DNA from: Vermamoeba vermiformis
Taxonomy: Eukaryota
Assembly (NCBI GenBank): GCA_045837725.1
Contig: JBEWZL010000236.1
Span: forward strand, 248,001 to 312,000
Direction of reading: 5' to 3'
DNA: 64,000 nt
Made by a program: the position numbers and the translations under genes. Below, one piece after another: positions 12,867-27,285 of this stretch (within the stretch, counting starts at the first letter, position 1; every line of letters begins with the position of its first letter). A model generated the notes under the pieces. That model saw only the letters and a list, made by a program, of their open reading frames with translations, was not told the DNA's origin and did not search any database.

Positions 12867-13645
12867 CTAAATTTGTTGCAGAAAGAAAGGATTAATTTCT
12901 GGTTCTTCAGCGCTAGATGCGTTGTTGTTATTGGCATTTGTGTTCGAATTATCATTATCTTCGTCGCTAGAAGACTCAAAGAAGACAGGATTGAGCTCCT
13001 CCTTGCCACTTTGAAGCACAGTTTGAACTCTGGATTGATACATTTTAGTCAAAAGTTACGAAAAGTAGCCGGATCCACGTACGTCAAATATTTCTTTGGC
13101 GAAGCTAGAGCGTTACTTATAACATTCTTTTCTTTTAGATGGTCGACTATATAATGCCTAGTTAGTATTGTAGCCTTATTCAAGCCTTAGACTACGAACC
13201 TAAGCCTTTGAACTCTTCGATGTTGTTCATCACTTGCCATAGGTCGTTAGAAACGATCGACTTCTGCGCCTAATATTTTTAATTTTATTATAATTAATTA
13301 TAATGCTATTGATCGTACTTACTTTATTGTAATCTTCGTTGTCTCGTTTCGTTATGACACCTTGCAGGACTACTTTCAGAAAATTCGTGGCAACTCTGCA
13401 TTAATTAGTAAAGTATGAGTGATATATTTATATAATCTTATAGCTAATTAATCGGAATCAAACGATTATTTCGGATCTGTAACTGAGCAAATAATTTTTA
13501 AAAATACTCACCCATTCAGAAACGCAGCGCTATCGTCCGAAAATTCTTTATCAGGAAATCTGTCCTTGAGAGAATTTGTGGATATTAATTTTGGCAACGG
13601 TACGTCAGATTCGTATTGTTCATGGCCAGATCTCTCGCGCAACAT
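12867..13645 (-). CDS. Small protein with a putative histone-fold (NF-Y/DPB/CHRAC-like) and an acidic/Asn-rich tail
   Basis: Spliced translation PLPKLISTNSLKDRFPDKEFSDDSAAFLNGVATNFLKVVLQG...KSIVSNDLWQVMNNIEEF resembles histone-fold helices 1-3. Tail ESSSDEDNDNSNTNANNN. Confidence 0.45.
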
Positions 13646-13780
13646 GTTTTGTTTGCTTTGGACTCCGCAAATTAACTTTGTAATATGGAGTAGATTTATG
13701 GTGATCTTCTTTGCAGGAGATAATTTTTGATGTTCTTTGGATAATCGCCATTTTATTTCAGAGAAAATAACAAATCCACA

Positions 13781-15614
<1,834 letters not shown>

Positions 15615-16184
15615 TACGGTAAGATCTAGTTACGTCACTTAACGCTATGTATACTGTATAATTAATTAACAGACAGATTACTTCGAAATAAAGCCTAATT
15701 AACGGTAAATCCATGTGTGAGCTATTTACGCGTAAACAATCTGGAGCAAAGATTGAAATTTAATGAGTGCCTAATTTAGCTACATGTCATCTTGTCAGAT
15801 AAGATTAATATATTCCAAAAACCGACTCGACTTCATTATACTCTATCAATACGAAACTACGGACCACGCGACCTTGGCAAGTTAAGTCAAGAAACGTCAA
15901 ACCAATCTCTGCCATCGACCTCAGCATGCTGTCCTACAGTAAGTGATAGCTTAGTATAGTAATATATATATCATTACATTATAATACAAAAATATGATCG
16001 CGATGCTCAAGAACAAATAATAATACATTAGCTTGAATAATCACGATTAAGGATAATTAGTTATACCTGCTCCCAAGGTCTACCTTGAATTTATTGGGGA
16101 GTTGGTCTGCCGCTAGTATATTATAGTAATATAAAATATAGCGCTGCGGTATTTAAGTTTAATATATATTACCCGAAAAAAGCA

Positions 16185-18339
16185 ATGTCGTTTGGTTTTA
16201 ATTTTTTTCACCGGTCCAGATCTTTTGCAATTATTTAGAACGAGCACTAAATCCTATTGTTTGCAACAGGTCGCCATATTCTCATCGCTTTATTCATCAC
16301 CTTGGCCCTATTCATCTCATCGGGCACCTCCGACCTCGTCGTATATGCGCCGTCGGATCTTGCAGGCCAGTATACTGCCTACCCCATAATCTACCGGAAC
16401 AACTTCCGAAACGAGACAATCGACGGACAAATCGTACTGCCCAATGCCACAGATGTGACGGATAAGATAGTCTTAATGGTCTATTATCGGGCTACCTATT
16501 TAACACAGATCCGCGCACAACAGAATCGAGGTGCACGTGCCGTGATTATTAGCGCTCAACCTGGAGGTAATATATCAATATTATATATGTCACATAATTA
16601 TAGTTTTTTGAATGTAATGACGACCAATTCCAATTAAGTTTTCATGAAATCATTAATTTATTTCTTGCATTTACTATGGAATACTTTATTACGAATCAAT
16701 CGCAAGTAGAAATCTTGATAATATTAATTCAGCAAAGTTTATCGTTTCGGTCAATCGTTGTGGGATCGGGCGTTTTCTCTAACCAGTATTTTCTTGTAGT
16801 TACTCCAGGCCAAGCGAATTACGTTCTCGATGGCTCCAACGAAGACGACGTAATTTTGAGCGCATGGCACATCACTTACGCGGATTACGGCAAGCTGACT
16901 AACGTTCTGGCAAAACAACCGGATGTCGTTGTCAACGCTACTTTGAGTCCCGCAGGTAAACTTCAATTGATTCAGTTTTGCATTTACTCTTCAATTCTGC
17001 AATCTGCCTCACAGGCGCAGGCGGAAGCCTTAAATTGTATAACTTCAATTTTGCCATTTATGGATCTGCTGCGGTTGAGATGTTTCTCGGCACAATCTCG
17101 CGATTTATTCGTATCTTCATCCTGACCGAATTTGAATTTGAGCAGGAACTAACCCATGGAAGTACTGGAACGACTCCTTTATGGTCTTCGTGCAAGTCTT
17201 ATTGACTGCATTCTCGGCAGCGAATTTGGGTCTTGCTATTTATAGACTCGTTTGTCACATCCGCGCCGATGGCTGCCGCAAGCGATTGCCTCAAGCGTGC
17301 TTAGAACTGATTATAGTCGGCAATATATGTAAGTCCAATGCAATTACGACGAGAAAAATTTGTTCATAATCAAAAATGCTAATTTCTAATGTAGTCCGAT
17401 TGCTCTACGTTGCCGTGGATCCGATCTGGTCACGTGGAGTCTATCCATTGCCATTACAACACGTCTTATGGACATTCTCGCACCCTTTCAGCTTATCAGT
17501 CACGATTTTGATTACGTTCTATTGGTAAGATCTATTTTTCTGAAATGCAATCTAATTGAAAGGGCCAGTTCCGGCCTATCGGTTACGCTAAGTAATTTAT
17601 AATTGAGAGTCGCTCAATATGTTATAGCTAGTAACCGAGACCTATAATAACATTCTTACACCGATATTGTATTATAGGCACGACGTTATGCACGGCATGT
17701 CACTGAACATCAATCAAATGCTCGGTCGATTCAAGATCCCGTTCATCATTGTTATCGTCATTCTCTTCGGTATTGAGATTGGATTTGGCATTACTAGAGC
17801 TCTGATTACTGTCACTGGTGTATTAGTTACGACAATGATCACCGCCAACAGCTCGATCTACGGCGGAGTTTGCTTTGCTTTTGCGGTCTTTTTCTTCGTG
17901 ACTGCCGGAAAATTGATGCATGTGCTTAATAACAAGCAAGAAAAATCGAGGCGAGGCAAGACTCTCGCAAGAGTAAGTCAGATCTGTGGAAATTTTTGAC
18001 ATTTCCAAAATTAGAAATTTCAAATCTACGGTATATTTAATCGATTATTATCCATAGATGACGACTAGAATTATCGTTATTGGTGCGTGCTTAGTCTCCC
18101 ACGTGGTTATATTCATTCTCATCGCAAACACATCATTTTCGGTGAACCCGATCCCGTTCGGCACGATCTGGTTCTTCTCCTATTTGGTACTATGCGTTCA
18201 AGACCTATTCCAAATTCTTGCCTTAGTCCCCAAGCCCAACAAAAACTCATCGACGAACAAATCGTCTAACAAGGAGGCATTGAATACGACCCACAGCGGT
18301 ACCACACAAACAATAACGGATGCGACTACTGCCGTTTAA
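16185..18339 (+). CDS. PA-domain + 7-transmembrane receptor-like protein, paralog A
   Basis: Signal peptide; PA motif KIVL...QIRAQQNRGARAVII; seven hydrophobic segments including LITFYW; Ser/Thr-rich tail. Start inferred from a short first exon ATGTCGTTTG. Confidence 0.75.
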
Positions 18340-19068
18340 ACTGAATATGAACACGTATGCTTATATTGTAAAATAGTAAACTCATTTATAAGATTATAGA
18401 TCCGCCCGACTCAATTTGTACTGGGTTCAATTCAAGATCGGGGCACAAATAAGGATAATATAAATTGGAATCACAACGCTAGCCAATACAAATAGCGTCC
18501 TAAACAATAGTCAATGATTGTTTATTACTGTTTGCGCCCTCAATGTTCCGCTCAACGATGTTGTCTCTATTCTTTGTCGGAGCAGACTCCGATCCCTGGG
18601 ATCCCGAAAAGACGTGTGGACTGTACTCGATAGTTTTTATTGCGTTACTTAAGTCAAACAAGGAATATTTTTCGGGTAATATCAAAGTTAGCTGAAATCT
18701 GCTCTCATTTTGTTTGTTTGGTGCACAATGACAGGACCCAAAATCTTCAATCATTTCTGCCCCAGTTTTTTAGTATGTCCCATTGTATAAAGAAGAGCAA
18801 CACAGCAAGTGATATACTTTTTGTATTAAGCTGTTAAGACGGGTGTTAATAAGTGCTCATTTGGTGTGTTCGTGGATCTCAAAATAATTCAACAAACGAC
18901 GATGCGTAAGTAGTAACTCTTGTTTTTAGAATAACCTATGTACCATATAATAATGTTCATGCGTACCTTTTCGAATGCGCGCAATAGGAACATATTTTCA
19001 TGAAAGATTTATGGCCGCCAGCGGATCGTTGTGCCGCCAGGCATTCAAATCGATTACTTTATAATGAT

Positions 19069-21135
19069 ATGTGCTTGCGTATGAGTTCAATCCAATATTT
19101 CATTTTCGTTTTTGTATTGTCAAGAAACGCTATTCGTTTCGGATTTGTTGCAACTTTTATACAGAGATTGACACCGTTTTTTCAGAACTAGGTTCAAAGA
19201 AAAGCATTCTATTCTTCGTAATAGCGCTCGCTGTACACACGACGATAGCAGAGCTTATCATAAACAGCCCTGCATCCATTGAAGGCTCGTACATTGCTTA
19301 CCCCATTATTTATCGTTTCAACTTCCGCAACGAAACTATTGATGGAGAAATAGTGCTTGCAAATTCATCGGATGTTACCGATAAGATTGCCCTCGTTGAA
19401 TACTACAGGGCTGAATATCTTTCGCAGATCCGCACCCAGCAAAATCGAGGTGCTCGAGCGGTAATAATTAGCGCTCCGCCATTATGTAAGTCTAAATATA
19501 TATTTACTCTTTATTATAGTTTGAAATTAAGATTGCTGACACAGAAACTAAATAGATTCGAGATCTCGACTTTACTAATTAATCTTGTCTCACAGTTATA
19601 CCCGGCCAGGCCAATTATATCTTAGATGGATCGTCAGAGGAGGGCGTAACATTAAGCGCGTGGCATATATCATATGTAGACTATACTAAGATTGCCGAAG
19701 CCCTCACAACGTTACCCAACGAAACAGTTAGTGCGACGTTAAATCCGAGTGGTAAGATTTAAAGTTGAATTAATTAGGCACCATACTATGACCAATACCT
19801 ACGCGCCATTAATTAACGCTGTAAATCCCGCTGCTTTGAATAATTGATTGAAAATAATGACACTTTGACGACTTTCCTAATTTAGTACCTAATGAGTTTA
19901 CTTGTTCCCAAATCCTAATTAACCGAATGAATTTCTTCAGGAGAGAACCCGTGGAAGCATACTAGCGAGACATGGATGATATTTTTTCAAATCTCGTTGA
20001 CCCTCTTCACTTTGGCCAATCTTTCGCTCGCTATTTGGCGCATCGTTGAACACGTGAAAGCTGACGGCTGTCACACCAGATTGCCTCAGGCGTGCTTGGG
20101 ATTGATTATAGCCGGCAACGTCGGTAAGCTACCATATAACCAAATAGTAATTACGGGTACTAACTCGTGTTAAAAGTTCGTTTGATCTACGTTGCGGTGG
20201 ATCCGCTGTGGTCCCGAGCGATCTATCCGTTGCCATTAGAACACTTATTGTGGACTCTATCACATCCATTCAGCTTGGCAGTAACGATTTTAATCACTTT
20301 TTATTGGTACGTTCAGATGACACGTGTCAACAAGTCAAAGTGTCAAAGTATACAAAAATATCGACACGTTATTATCAGTTAATATTTTTGTAAATACTGC
20401 GGTAGCGAACTTATTCGATTATTTTAGGCACGACGTTATGCACGGCATGTCACTGAACATCAATCAAATGCTCGGTCGATTCAAGATCCCATTCATCATT
20501 GTTATCGTCATTCTCTTTGGCATTGAGATTGGATTTGGCATTACTCGTGCGTTAATTTCAGTGACTGGAGTGCCTGTAGCCATCATGATCGTCGTCAATA
20601 GCATCATCTACTCGATTGTTTGTTTGGGCTTTGCGATCTTTTTCTTCGTAACCGCTGGCAAGTTGATGAAAGTCTTGAACAAAAAGAGCCGCGGAGAAAA
20701 GAGCAGACGCGCTAAAACCCTTCGTAGAGTACGTACATCCATATAGATATTTCCTTATTTAGAATTTGATTTGTCTGAGTTGCTCGCCGAAATTTTGCGC
20801 GATGTTTTATTACTTCCTAAAAAGGAAATTATTTCTAATACCGATCTTTGCAGATGACGGTGCGAGTGGTAGTGATTGGCGCATGCCTCTTGTCCCACGT
20901 GATCATCTTCATCTTGCTATCCAACACGTCCCTGGCAGTCGTGCCAAGCTCCTCAGCTGTCATTTGGTTCTTCTCGTTTTTGATCTTGTGCGTGCAAGAT
21001 TTGTTCCAAATTCTCGCTTTGGTGCCTAAGCCGACTAAGACTTCATCCATGCGCAATACTTCGAACAGATCTACTTCGCAGAACAACGAGCACTTGAACA
21101 CTGCTACGCCAACAACGTCTACTAATGAAGTTTAA
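19069..21135 (+). CDS. PA-domain + 7-transmembrane receptor-like protein, paralog B
   Basis: Same exon layout and motifs as paralog A (AYPIIYR.NFRNETIDG, QQNRGARAVII, LPQACL.LII.GN, VQDLFQILAL). Confidence 0.75.
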
Positions 21136-22204
21136 TAATAAGGCTGTTTAACAAACATTAGATTAAATGTAAAATAGAATTCTAAGTTAACAATAAACCA
21201 ATCTGATACCTGATTAGGACATAAGTCACCTGCTACAATATCGCACGCCCTTCACAATCGCGAATCGACCCACACAACAGGAAGAATGACCGCCAATGGC
21301 CTCGGACCAAGCACACATCAATGTTGAAGACTGACATCTGTCAACAAAGAAGGAAGCGCTGCTTCTGGGTGAGCAATAAAGAACTCCCGCACAACTGAAA
21401 AAACTCTACTTAACGTTAGTTTATGGCGCGGCATTGATACGAAATTAGGCACGAACGCATCTACAGCTGATCGTTGGCAAACAAAGAATTCACTCCCTTC
21501 AGTGCCCCGTCTCGCTGTCAGTTCTTTGTCAAGCTGGGTAGTGCTCGCCCTGACTCAAGTAAAAACCTGGCGCGTTGCGCTTTCACCCTCCAAGGCGTGT
21601 GTGAATGGTGTCCTGCTCCGCGACTTGACGCTGCACCGAGAGATGGGGATGACGTTACCACCGGGAGCTCCCAACGTGCACTCAACCCAACCACTGCCTC
21701 CCCTCGCTTAACTACTGGAGAGTAGAACACCTGTCGGTAGCAGTGACAACTAAGGAGTTCGTTTCCCAGACCGACTCCAAAAATAGCTGGTTCAAAGGTT
21801 GACTAGTTTATGATCCAAATGATTACCATGGAGTGAATAATGCAATATTTTACGATGGTACCAAGGCTTACCCATTGCAAAACGCTATTTTGACATCTCG
21901 AAACTGCATCTTCCGAACGATTTCGGGTTGTATACAACCAGATCCATTACCTTACCCACTAGACGATTAACTAGTTAGTGTTGTGCTCATTTTCTATTGC
22001 TTACAACAGTAGCCATGTACATAATCGAAGGCGATAATATTCGCGATCGTACATGTGAGTCGATTTTGTGATCCAAAGGTCGTGTAATCGTTTTGAAGTC
22101 GCAAAGGGGTTTATTTACAATCAAAAAGACAAAAATAGCAGATCTGGTGTTGTTCAGCTGATTTTTTTCGCAGAAAAATTGAATGAGGATTATATATTAC
22201 ATTA

Positions 22205-25200
22205 TTACTTGAAGCCACTGTCCAAGCGCTGCTTGACTCTCGTAGTTTCATCGATAAAATTTACAATATGTTGTTTTTCTGGCTTTTGATGGTCTCGTTG
22301 CAGCCAGTCGCGAACTTTTGCTTCGAGTTCTTGCCATCCGATTAATTTTTTGGATCCGTTCATCCATAAGCTGACCATAGTCTCACTAAATACGAGATTA
22401 GTATCGTGTATAGCGGTATATACGTATTAATTTAGATAATGGCATAAACTGAATCAGATCTGGATTACGTCAAATATAGTTTGCGATTTAAACATAAAAA
22501 TTTGCTTAATTTAGCTTACCTCGCTGGCAATTGATGCGCCAATACTTTTTGACTAATGGTGTACTCTTTTAATACAGACTTGGTTTGTTCTATCAGCTCT
22601 ACACGACGAACGAAAAGTCAGCAAGTTAAAATCAAAATACTTCCAAATTAGGAAGCGTTCATCTTATTGAAAAATTTTCGCTTACCTGGATCGGGCAATT
22701 GATATTTCTCCGGCACTCCAACGCCTTGATCTATAAAATATTACCAGTTAGTAACCGGATCTAAAATAGAAAAAATTCGTTTAATGTTGCAGGATGCATC
22801 CATCGTTTTGCTGTTAATATTGCATAATTTCATATTTAAATACTACCGTACCTTTAGGCTTTGACGAGGTGATTTTCCGCCGCTTTTTCTTTCGTTTTCG
22901 CTCTTCATATGAATCATCGCTCGACAACGCCCCAGCTCCCGAGGCCGAGTCACTATCATCGGTCAACGCTTGGTCAACGCTAGTACCGTCCTCTTCGCCG
23001 TCGGCGCGACTGCTGGTCGATTCGTCTTTAGTTTGAGGTCGCTTCCGCTTCGTTGTAACGGACGGGCTGGATGTAGGCGGTGTTTTCGGAGTTGCAATTT
23101 TCTTATAGGGCTGTTGTTGTGGCTGTATATTAGCTTTATCTTCGGTTTTCATATCCGCTTCAATTTTCGGTTGGTTGTGAAGCAGATGCGGTGCTATGTT
23201 TGGCGGTGGATCTTGCGCTATATAAAAGTGATTCACTGGCGTGTGATGTTCTGCTTCGTGAATAGAATAGGCAGGTAGGGCATATACAGGTGTATTTTGA
23301 GGTAGTTGTTGGTAGCGCAAGTGCGGTGCTGTTGGTGGTGGATAAATCGGATGATTTTGCGCGGGAGCATAGATCTGCATTGGCGGTTGTTGCTGATGCG
23401 GGGCTACATTACTATGCATATGTGGGTGGTGGTATTGTTGATGAGGTTGCTGATAATAATACCCGTAGTTCGGGTTGTGTTGTAAACTGGATGTGGGATG
23501 GCGTTGATTGATGTTTTGATTGTGCCCTTCGTTAGGCATATGAACACTACTGTGCGATTGATTATGCGGCGGGATGTGCTCAGGCATGGACTGCACGTAT
23601 ATAGGAGACTGAGGAGCTCCGTGTTCGATTAGTTTGCGCTGCTCTTGGTAGCGGATCTCGCTCGGGTTTTGATGAGGTAAAGAAGCAACCATATGAGGAG
23701 CAGTATGATGGCTCGTCATTGGATCATTATACGGTCCAACCTGCTAGAATACACGTCAGTACAAATGTTCCTGAACAGCGTTAATTAATTTTGAAGAACT
23801 GCAATTTCCATATAAGGCAAAATTCAAATTCTAAAAGCAAAAAAATCCGGATTGTGCGGCAATAATGACGTAACACAAAGTAAAATTAGTGTATCTATAA
23901 GCGATCGACGTCGCCATAACTAATTAAGCGCTAATATCGAAAAAACCGGAAAAAAGTTGCCGGCCTACGTGCCGTTTCAATCCACTACGAAAGGCCAATA
24001 GCAACAAATAAATAAATAACGGTAGTATTGTCGTTCGAATATTTCTGGAATTTGAGATAATAAGACCGTGGGAACGATAAATTGTTAAGTCTATCTACTT
24101 TTCCCAAGTATACTCGAATTTACGATATTCAATACTACCGTTGCATATATCTACTATGGCCTCCGTTTAGGGTGCATTAAATATGATCGAATTGGGTGAT
24201 TCAAAAATCATCTGCTTACCGATCTGTGTTGAGGCTGGTGCGTCGTGTCCACCGCCTGAGGTTGAGCGAATGAAGCACTAGGGTCTTCTGGTTCATCGCT
24301 GTAGTATAATGGATAATCGTCAATAATCAAGAAGATTATGTAGGATGTAACGGGATATAAATGGAGGGTATGGTTATTGCGCAGATGGTATTTAGTCAAT
24401 TAGCTCGACAGGTGAAATAAATAATAAATAAGCCAATTAAATTGAATTTTTGCCGTCAAAAATGATCTACAAAATTATTAGATATTTTTTTGAGGTATTA
24501 TTATTGGATGAAAATCTTTTTGGATGGGGTGGTAGTAAAAGTAATAAATTAGCGGTGCTGCATCCAACCTTGCTTCTGTATAGCCGTGGTAATAGGCAGA
24601 ATTATAATAATATCGTTGATTATCTGCCATCCTCTGCTGTAATAAATATCAAACTAGCAGGCGATCGACGCAATAGGCATTGGATTTAGTTTCGAGATCC
24701 AACACGACTTGATGGTGTCAACTAGCCAATTAAATAGTGTAAGCTCGTTGGTTTGGGACAACAAAAATGGCGCCAAAAAAATCAACGACGGTTATTATTA
24801 GGAATTGGATCTGGCCCACGTGGTTGGAAGGCGGAACAATTGAATCGACATTAGTGAATTTAGCGACTAAAAATAGCGAGATTGTTAATCTTGCGGGAGA
24901 AGCGAAAAATTGGATTCGCATCTCATGATCTTGATTCACCACTTATAGATCTTGCTCCCAATCAGTAAACGCTCGCTGGATCAAGGTGATGAATTAAGTG
25001 CAATGGTAGATAGCCATATATGAGTCAAATATTTTGCCGCTGCAAGAAAATTCGGTGCGCGCTGCCGTAAAGCGAGCAAATAAAATTAGTTTAAAAACGG
25101 ATCCGGTCCACAATCTCTGAAGCGAGATTAGCAGGTAAACCCAATCTCTCTCGAAGATACTCGGATGATTACAGATCGGACCAGATCCTCCGTGAGTACT

Positions 25201-25805
25201 CGAATTGGAATGCCATATTATAAACTCGGCGTATTATGACAGAGCTTTAAAGTATGGCATTAGAATTCCGGTGGTTTAGTTCACAATGTTTCGGGGATCT
25301 CGTGCACTTAAATTGGCATGCTAAAACAGGAATAATTATGTGAGTCCTTGCGTTAGTGTTCTGGCATTCCGGACCGAATCTCTCCGAGCATACTTGGTGT
25401 ATTTTGCAACGTGTGGATCGCGTGGGATATCCAGCGAACGGGATTATGCTGGTTGTGATCTCGCGGGAGATCAGCGGGTTTAAGCAATTAAAGAGACTTG
25501 GCGGGATCGAAAAAGCGTGCCAAGTCCCTTGTATTATGGATGGCTAGCATCTGGCGGATTTTTTTACCGCTGGGATAAATTGTATTTGAACGACGGCAAA
25601 AATACAGAAATCAGATGAAATATTGAGTATAAGCAGAAAAGGCTTGAAACGGCGACACGAGAAATGGTATCATCCGTATTGCCCCGTAATTAAATATGTC
25701 ATTGCAAAGCAAATTTCAATCTGGATGTATAATAAGGGTGAATTACCTGGATTGCTTGCTAACGAGAGCGTCTATTCCAATCCTATTAATTGAACTCGAT
25801 GTCAT
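22205..25805 (-). CDS. Putative transcription factor: His/Gln/Pro-rich region, NLS and C-terminal Cro/C1(XRE)-like HTH
   Basis: Large exon ~22850-23740 is H/Q/P-rich and contains RKRKKKRRK. The 3' exons give LKEYTISQKVLAHQLPASETMVSLWMNGSK. The 5' exons (25805-25747 and 24299-24219) join in phase, but the start is uncertain. Confidence 0.6.
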
Positions 25806-26189
25806 CCTAGTTGATTCTTCTAAGAGTTGACTAGCATGATTGCTAGTAGATGTACGAGCTATTGCGTTGCAACACCAAGGTGGTTCTGGTTGTTGTTTCG
25901 AAATATGGTTGATCTGTTGTCTATCAATCAAAAATGCCATGAAACTGACCCGAAACGAAGAAGAATTATTTTATTTATCGTTCGGCGAGGTTCTAATTAT
26001 GGCAAAATTCAAACAGGAAGCACAACCGGACAAAGCCGTTTTCCAAAACCAGAATCTTGTGATATTTTCTTCTTCCCACGCCTAATTTCAAAGTTTAGTC
26101 GTATTAATCACCGGCAACTGGCCGCAACGCTGCTGGAAGTATTCGAAAGTACACCTTATCCAAGTACCTAATTTTCCGTAATCTCCGTC

Positions 26190-27285
26190 ATGACAACGGT
26201 CAATACGCAAGATAAAACGCAGCGTAAGGAGGCTTTAAACCATAATAATAAACGAAATTAGAAATAATTTTTCGTGTTACTAAATTCACGCAAAATTCAA
26301 TTTATGGCTCGATCAAATAGAAACACTGACAAAATTTATTTCTAGGCTGGCTTAATCTGTTGCTTGATTTTTTTGAAGCAGCCATTCACCAAATTTTGTA
26401 TTGTCGCGAAGTGTATCCGAAGCATTGAGTAGGCCTCCGAGCCCAAGGGGTCGTGTTTTCCTCAAAAGCGAAAATCAAGCGAGGTTCCGTAGCTCAGCGG
26501 CAGAGCGGATGACTGCAGATCATCAGGTCACCGGTTCAAATCCGGTCGGAACCTTTTCTTTTTACTTTTTTGTTGTTACCATCCTTGACCCAAACAGCTA
26601 TCCCAAGCAGCTTTTTACTCGAGCTCAACTTTTTGGTGTACCTATTCAACGATCCCACGCAGAGGAGCTCAGCAACTACATCCGCAACGTGGTTTCAGAT
26701 CTCAACCCGTTCTTGGCGAAGGTATTTTTGGCTGCATTACGCCTTTTACGCTCTAAGTTCTTACGTTATGCCCTAGGGCGTCATTGAAAGTGTTATGGTT
26801 GATATCATCGATGACAAAGAGAAGACAGTATCGGGTGCGTATTAAGACATGCACGGGTCTGCGACGGAATAACACATATCGACTTACCAGCCATTGCTAA
26901 CTCGTGTTCAGAACGCTTTGTATTTGAGACTCCAGTATTGTCGCCGACCGAAGCCAAGACTGATAACGAGGACTTATCGTCTTTAGTGGAAGCGTTGAAA
27001 TCAGTTCTACTGCGGATTTCGGCAGTAAATTCGCACATGGCTGCTCCCAAACGAGGTAAAATTTCATAAACTGGTGTGTTTCGCACTTACTGATCGAGAT
27101 ACCTGTTACGACGGTTAGATCTTCAATTTGCAATTAGGGTGAACACCAAAGACGAATCTATGCTCAAAAGTCTTACGTGGATTGAGTCTGAAAAAGAAAA
27201 CAAGCAGAAAACGTTTGGATCGCTTCTACCCTTGCGATCTGTCAACGAATCCGGCTTAAAAATGCAGCTTTTCGTAAACTATTGA
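26190..27285 (+). CDS. REV7: HORMA-domain protein REV7/MAD2L2
   Basis: DFFEAAIHQILYCREVYPKQLFTRAQLFGVPIQRSHAEELSNYI; ERFVFE; C-terminal LPLRSVNESGLKMQLFVNY*. Confidence 0.88.
26413..26597 (+). other. Putative U12-type (minor) GT-AG intron of REV7
   Basis: Donor GTATCCGA; branch-like TCCTTGAC at 26582-26589, close to the CAG acceptor. This splicing restores CREV-YPKQLF in frame. Confidence 0.6.
26483..26554 (+). tRNA. tRNA-Cys (GCA), intronless, inside REV7 intron 2
   Basis: Acceptor stem GGTTCCG/CGGAACC; D-arm GCTC..GAGC; anticodon arm GATGA-CTGCAGA-TCATC; T-arm ACCGG-TTCAAAT-CCGGT; discriminator T, followed by a T-run Pol III terminator. Confidence 0.96.

Noticed and set aside
18500-18754. 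84-aa minus-strand ORF between the 7TM paralogs
   Set aside because: No ATG start, motif or splice support.
26401-26787. 128-aa ORF reading through the tRNA
   Set aside because: A chance open frame across the intron and tRNA. Only the YPKQLF...LAK part is REV7 exon.
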